A program made the position numbers and the translations under genes. The notes below the pieces were generated by a model. The model ran no database searches. It was not told the DNA's origin and saw nothing but the letters and a program-made list of their open reading frames with translations. This document shows, piece after piece, positions 58,358 through 64,000 of a DNA stretch of 64,000 bases. The stretch is from Paraspadella gotoi (lineage: Eukaryota > Animalia > Chaetognatha), in assembly GCA_051294375.1 (NCBI GenBank), contig CM119263.1:27490568-27554567 (forward strand), written 5' to 3'. Within the stretch, counting starts at the first letter, position 1, and every line of letters begins with the position of its first letter.

Positions 58358-61300
58358 TCATAAATGAGTGGATTTGTATTCTGGAACTTCTTCGATGGAA
58401 TTTCCGAGAGTCGATTTAATGAGGACGCGATTCTCGTGACGATGGGAGTAACGATTCTGTTGGTTCTGGAAAAATATAAAAGAAATACATTTGTTTGTTT
58501 TTTAAAATTGGAACAACCAATATAAAAATTATCCTTTCATTTAATAAATATTATTTGTCTGTCAAACAATTACTGCTGATAAATATAATCGTCATTGTGC
58601 ATAATAAATGTAAACTGTTGTTTGCAACAGTTTACATTTATGAAAAGACGTCCATAGAGCTATATTTTGGCTTTTTCCTTCAAGCCATGTAGCCTGGAAT
58701 ATGGAAACANNNNNNNNNNTACCCCTCTGTTAGAGCCACACTTTCACCTTTTTTTACTATTTCCTCAGTCCCAGATCTCACATCTTCACCATTTTTATCT
58801 CTTTACTTTTACCTCTCTCTCTCTGTCTTTCTCTCTCAGTAGTATATACTACTCTCTCTCTCTCTCTCTATCTCCCTCACCTGCTGCAGCCTCCTCCTCT
58901 TCCTCCTCACTTCCTCCTCCGTCATGTACTTCTTCCTGACGCGATGACGAGACTTGGTCGTGCGGCAGTAGATGCGGCAGCAGTTGCGGCGGAACTCGCC
59001 GCAGCAGCAGAAGTAGATGAAGAACTTGAGGGCGTGGTTGAGGTTGAGGAGGAGATGAGAGACTTTGAAGGAGAAGTTGAGGAGAAGGTTGTCGAGCGTC
59101 TCGGGGGTCGAGACGAGGACCACGTTGACCACGCCGCTGGAGAATGAGAAGGGGGTGATGGAGAGAGGTTTATTACGTTCATTGGTAATAGTTAATCTTA
59201 AATCTTTGTAATTTTATTTAATATCATTACAAATCGTTAAACAATAACTATAAACAATAACTATAAAATTTGGGAGGTTTTAACAATTCCGATGCAACTA
59301 TCCTTTTCTTCATCATGCCTCGTCTTTGTTCTTCACTTTTCACAATAAATTGAAGTCAGGATGTCGTGAAGTCATTCTCACCGACCGAGTCCGTCCGTCT
59401 ATTACACCTTTTTACTTTCACTCGATCCTTCGATTCTACAACTGGGGCAATTGGGCATTGTGGGCAATGTCTCGATAATGTGCGGGCGTTATTGCATACG
59501 TGGGCATTGCAAGTTCGACGAACTAAGCCGTCATTAGTAGTTTATCTCTGTCCAAAGCTTTTTTCTCGCTTCATCAATTATCAACAGCGACTTTTTTTTT
59601 CTCTCGTCTCTCTTCCAACTCTTACTCGCTCTCCTCAGCCTCTCGATTCAGGAATGAATATCTCGCCGCTCTGTTCACCCGCTTTTATCTCATCGCACCA
59701 TTTTTTCTCTCTATTCCCTAATTTATCGTTTATCTTAATTTATATATATATATATTTACTTTTTATTTCGAATTTAACATGGTCGATTCAGTTCAAAAAA
59801 TAACTGCAAGCAACACTTTCGCTTAATCCTCCATCCATTCCATCCCGAGTGGACGTCCACTCGCCCACCCTCTCTCCCATCCTTTTCTCCGATCTTTTTC
59901 CCCCGCATCCCCAAACCTCTAATTTCTCTTCCCCCCATCACACCCACCCCAACCTCTTTCTCTTTCCCCTCCACCCATCCACCCCCCACCTGTCATCCAC
60001 CTTCCACCTTCCACTCCTCAACCTTTCATCCTCTCCCCCTTCCACTCCTTCACCCCCCAACCTCTCATCCACCCCCCACCCCTCCACCCCCAAACCTCTC
60101 ATTCCTCTTCCAACTTCCACCCCACCCTCCACCCCAAAACCTCGGCGCGCAGAGGACAGAGAAGAGGATTGAGACGGCGATTATCATTCCGGTCATCTTC
60201 TTGGCGAGTTCGAGGTCGGGCGATGTGGGCGGGGCGGAGGGCGCCTGCGCCGCCGCGTGGTACTGCTGCCCGTTCTGCGCCGGGCGCCCGGGCGCCTCGC
60301 CGAGCGGCGCGTGGACGCCGCCGTCCATGATCACGTGACCGGGGGCGGGAATCGCGTTGGCTTCGATGCCGGAGTCGGCGCCGTTGGTGAGTTCCATGTC
60401 GGGAAGCCAGGAGTCTTTGAAGCGGAGGAGAGGGGGAGTTTAAGTAAGGTAAGTTTAAGTTGTCGACTTTGGGTTGAAGGGGAAGGGTGGGGGATGTGAA
60501 GATGGGTAAGTTTTTTTCGATCGTCGGGAATACGGGTGGAAAAGATTAATAAGTAATTGAGAGCACAAATTGAATATTGAATGTCAGAGTCCAGGATGGG
60601 AGAGAAGGATGTAGAACTGAAGAAAGGTAAGTGAAATATCCTGCCGGGGATGGGTGATGGAGGACGGGGTGAGTAAAAGAAAGGGTTCGTTAACTGTAGA
60701 GAAACCAGTAATAGGTTGAGAGGGAGGGAAGAGGAGGAAGAAGAAAATGTTAATTTCCATGTCAGGGATTTCGGGAAGGAGGAAGAGAAATGAGGAGGAG
60801 GAGGAGGAGGAGAACAAAGGTCAAATTCGTGTCCAGCAAACGAGTTTGTCTCGAGTGAGAGTTGGAAGGAGGAAAGATTAAATAATTGCCGGTCACCTGA
60901 CCGAATTCCTTGATTCCATCAATTATGACCTCAAGCCTTTTGCTGCTTGGTTGCGTTGTGAACAACAATATTCGTTGTTGTTTTGTTATGTTTATTAACT
61001 TAAACTTTATTAATATCGCTTATATTTTTTTTCAAAACCCATTGACAGAGAAGTACTTCATTGCTCTTTTATTAGTTTTTTTTTCAACTAAGAAGAAAAG
61101 CCGAGAAAATGAGGAGACTCTCAAGTCAATCAAGAAAATGGCGAAGACAACAACTGACGGGGAAAGAAATATCGTTTAGTCGCGACAACGACAACAACAA
61201 CAACAACAACAACAACAAAAAATGAGACGGACTCTTCAATCGAAACGGGCCAGGCGGGCAAGCTACTTGATCAAACAGATCTATCTATATAACTGTTCAT

Positions 61301-61787
61301 TTCCTGCGTTAGTTATTAACTTATTACATATTATTAACAGTAGTATTAACATAGTATTGTGAATTTAAAATTCCAGAAAAATATTTATAATCGTTTTTTT
61401 TTCTTTTTACCATTTTCAGATTTTTTTCAGAATTCTCTCATAGCGGCACGCCATATTTGGCTTACATTTAATCCCCCTTAATCCTCCTCTATCCAACCAC
61501 AACCAATTCACCCGCTTCCCTCCCATCTATCCACACATCCACCCACGCAACCACAACCGCCCACTCACCAATGAGTTTGCAGATGATGAGTAAAGAGACG
61601 ACGAGGACGAGTCCGCAGGGAGCGAGCACGTGCAGACTTCCGGTCAGCCACGGTTCCACCTGCCGCTTGAAGTAGGTGTAACCGTCGTCGACGACGCATG
61701 CGCCGTCGGCCGCCGTCTCCGTCCAGATGCGCTCGAGGTTGGCGAGGATGGAGGCGGCGAAGACGGCGGAGATCACCACCCGAGCGC
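58358..61787 (-). CDS. Rhodopsin-family (class A) peptide-type GPCR, TM4 to C-terminus; TM1-3 exons not identified (probably beyond window end)
   Basis: Phase-consistent exons: 61787-61569 (TM4 ARVVISAVFAASILANL, ECL2 Cys, TM5 LHVLAPCGLVLVVSLLIICKL), 60414-60141 (ICL3 and TM6 MTGMIIAVSILFSVLCAP), 59136-58881 (TM7 HLLLNLNHALKFFIYFCCCGEFR), 58465-58358 (..KSTHL*). Motifs resemble FMRFamide/sex-peptide-receptor-like GPCRs. Confidence 0.87.
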
Positions 61788-62478
61788 CTGGAGATTTGAA
61801 GGAGGGGTTGAGGAGGTTGGGGTGGAGAAGGGGGGTCGAAGGATTAGTAGAAGGAATGTTGAAGGGAAAGGGAAACCTTCAAAAGGTCGAGGGATTTTTA
61901 AAAAACAGTGTTTTTTTGTATTAGGTTTTTTGTTTTGTTTTTTTTTTCTTTTTTTCTAGTTTTGGCTTGCCGGAACTTATTTCGATCCGTCTGTCCGTTT
62001 GATAATCTCAACCGACAAGTTAGGACATCTAAATCTGTTTAATCTAAAATTGTTTCATAAAGTGATGAACGTCCGTTTTCTTAATATCGCGGCATATGTC
62101 TTTAAAGAAACCGAGTCATTTTTGGTCGGAGATACATTTTAAATACAGAATACTGATTTATTCTAGTTGACAAAAAAAATCTCCCAAAACAATTCCTCCA
62201 TTTCCATACAGAGTTGCCTAGCAATAATTCAGAGAGGAGGCGTCGCCTTATTTTTTTTTCCCGCGCTCTTTTCTCCCATTCCATTCATTCTGTCAACGAC
62301 ATCATGAAATATTCCAACTCTATTCTTTCTCCGCTTTTTAAATTGCGTTTTTCTTCTTCGGACTGTTTCTCTCGCGCGATTTGGTTCTTCCCTTTTAAAC
62401 TTTTTTTTCTTTATTTTCTATTCTCTGCTTCTCTATATATTTTATTTTCTCTATCCCTTGTTTAAATTATTCGTTCTT

Positions 62479-62509
<31 letters not shown>

Positions 62510-62704
62510 TTCTCTTCTCTCTCACTCATTTTTTTCTCACATTCTCACTTTGATTAAATCTGGGCTGCGCATGAGTAAACTTTAGTCTAATGAAACTCGT
62601 ATGACAGGGAGAGAGAGAGAGAGAGAGATGAACGAGGGTAACGTCGCTTCCCGCCATTCCTTGACGCCGTCGCCATGATTGGTTCCGGGGTTTTGAAGAG
62701 TTAA

Positions 62705-62980
62705 GGACAGGCTCACGACTCCCATTCACAGGCAATAGTTTCACGACTTCCATTCACAGGCGACAGGCTCACGACTCCCATTCAAAGGTGACAGGCTCAC
62801 GACTCCCATTCACAGGCGACAGGCTCAAGACTCCCATTCACAGGCGATAGGCTCACGACTCCCATTAACCGGCGAAAGGCTCACGACTCCAATTCACAGG
62901 CGACAGGCTCACGATTCGTATTCAGGCTCGCGACTCGTGACTTTCATTCGCAGGCGATGAGCTCACGGCTCCCTTCACAG
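62705..62980. repeat. 28-bp minisatellite (cgacaggctcacgactcccattcacagg)n
   Basis: About 8 tandem units plus a degenerate tail. Confidence 0.9.
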
Positions 62981-64000
62981 ACCGACCAATAAAAAATTCT
63001 TTATGGAAACGATAAAAAAAGAAAGAAACAAATTCTAATAAAATAGCGAATAAGAGATGGAAAAAAACCACTGAAAACATTTGTGGCAGCTCAAAAAAAA
63101 AGTTATGGAAAGAGAAACAATTTTTTTATTCTGTTTTTCATTTCAGGAAAGAGAAAAAAAATAAACGCGGAATTTTTTGTCCAAAAGTCGCCGACTTAAT
63201 TTTTTTGTATTTTATTTTGAGACTAAATATATCGATTTTGCTCTGAAAAGGTTTGTGTTTATATAATTAATAAGGCAGAAATAGTAATTTATTTTTATAT
63301 GACTCTGTTTTATTATTTATTATTATTCACTGTAATTGTCGACTATATATGTTTGTATGTATCTGTAGCTGATTTAAACAAAACAGCTTTTTCTTAAAAA
63401 ATGAAAATAAAAAAGTTCCCTTACGCGGTCGCTGGACGCGAACGACGAAACTCTGAAGCGATCGAGGAAACATTGGAAACAAACCATCATCGACGGGGGG
63501 TTAAGTGGGAGGATTCGACATCCGGGGGGTTAAGTGGGAGGATTTGACATCCGGGGGGAAATAGAAATCCGGGGGGGTTCCGAGTGAGGAGAGCGGACAA
63601 GTGGGAATGGGTGGGGAGGAAGGGGATAAAATGGGGGGAGAGAAAATTTTGGGAGAAGGGAGGAAGAAGAAAGTCGGTTCTATTTTCCAATTATTCTTAA
63701 TATTTAATCTTAATATGTTACCAAACCCATAACCTAATCTTTAGCCTTAATACTTAACCCTAATCCTTAATTAAAGCAATCGTAATTCCTAACCCTTACC
63801 TAATCCTGAACCCTAATCATAATCTCTAATTTATAACCCTTACCCCCTAAGCCTAAACCAAAGTGCCTAACCCTAAGGACTAACCCAAATTAATTATGTA
63901 ATCCCTAAGGACCTAACCTAATCATTAAGAGCTAACTTAATTGGGATTATAACATGAAATGTCGTGTTTTGGGAGAATAAGGCAAAAGTTATTATATATC

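Noticed and set aside
62705-62980. 28-bp repeats of CRISPR-like length
   Set aside because: Units are head-to-tail with no unique spacers, there are no cas genes, and the context is eukaryotic; this is a minisatellite.
63700-63930. True chromosome end
   Set aside because: The CCCTAA-like units are highly degenerate and ordinary sequence follows them.

Overview
Eukaryotic (animal, probably invertebrate) genomic DNA from a gapped draft assembly. It is AT-rich and saturated with (AG/CT)n microsatellites, and most short ORFs in the track are repeat artefacts. I reconstructed three intron-containing genes by hand from splice signals, reading-phase continuity and protein motifs. (1) The 3' part of a Roundabout (Robo) receptor on + (20230-30018): three FN3 domains, a TM helix and CC0/CC1/CC2 motifs, with a candidate alternative last exon. 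The first ~20 kb is probably its intron. (2) A very divergent four-repeat cyclic-nucleotide-binding-domain channel on + (~32.5-56.2 kb) with CNGK/tetraKCNG-like architecture (4 x [6TM + C-linker + CNBD]). None of its four pore filters is TVGYGD, none of its four CNBDs keeps the phosphate-binding Arg, its extracellular turrets are Cys-rich, and several introns appear to need GC donors. (3) The 3' half (TM4 to C-terminus) of a rhodopsin-class peptide-type GPCR on - (58358-61787). The window also has an inverted duplication of two channel exons around assembly gaps, three Penelope-type minimal hammerhead-ribozyme motifs (two in palindromes), a tRNA-derived SINE, Helentron-like elements, minisatellites and telomere-like tracts. 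All assignments come from motif recognition only; no database search was run.
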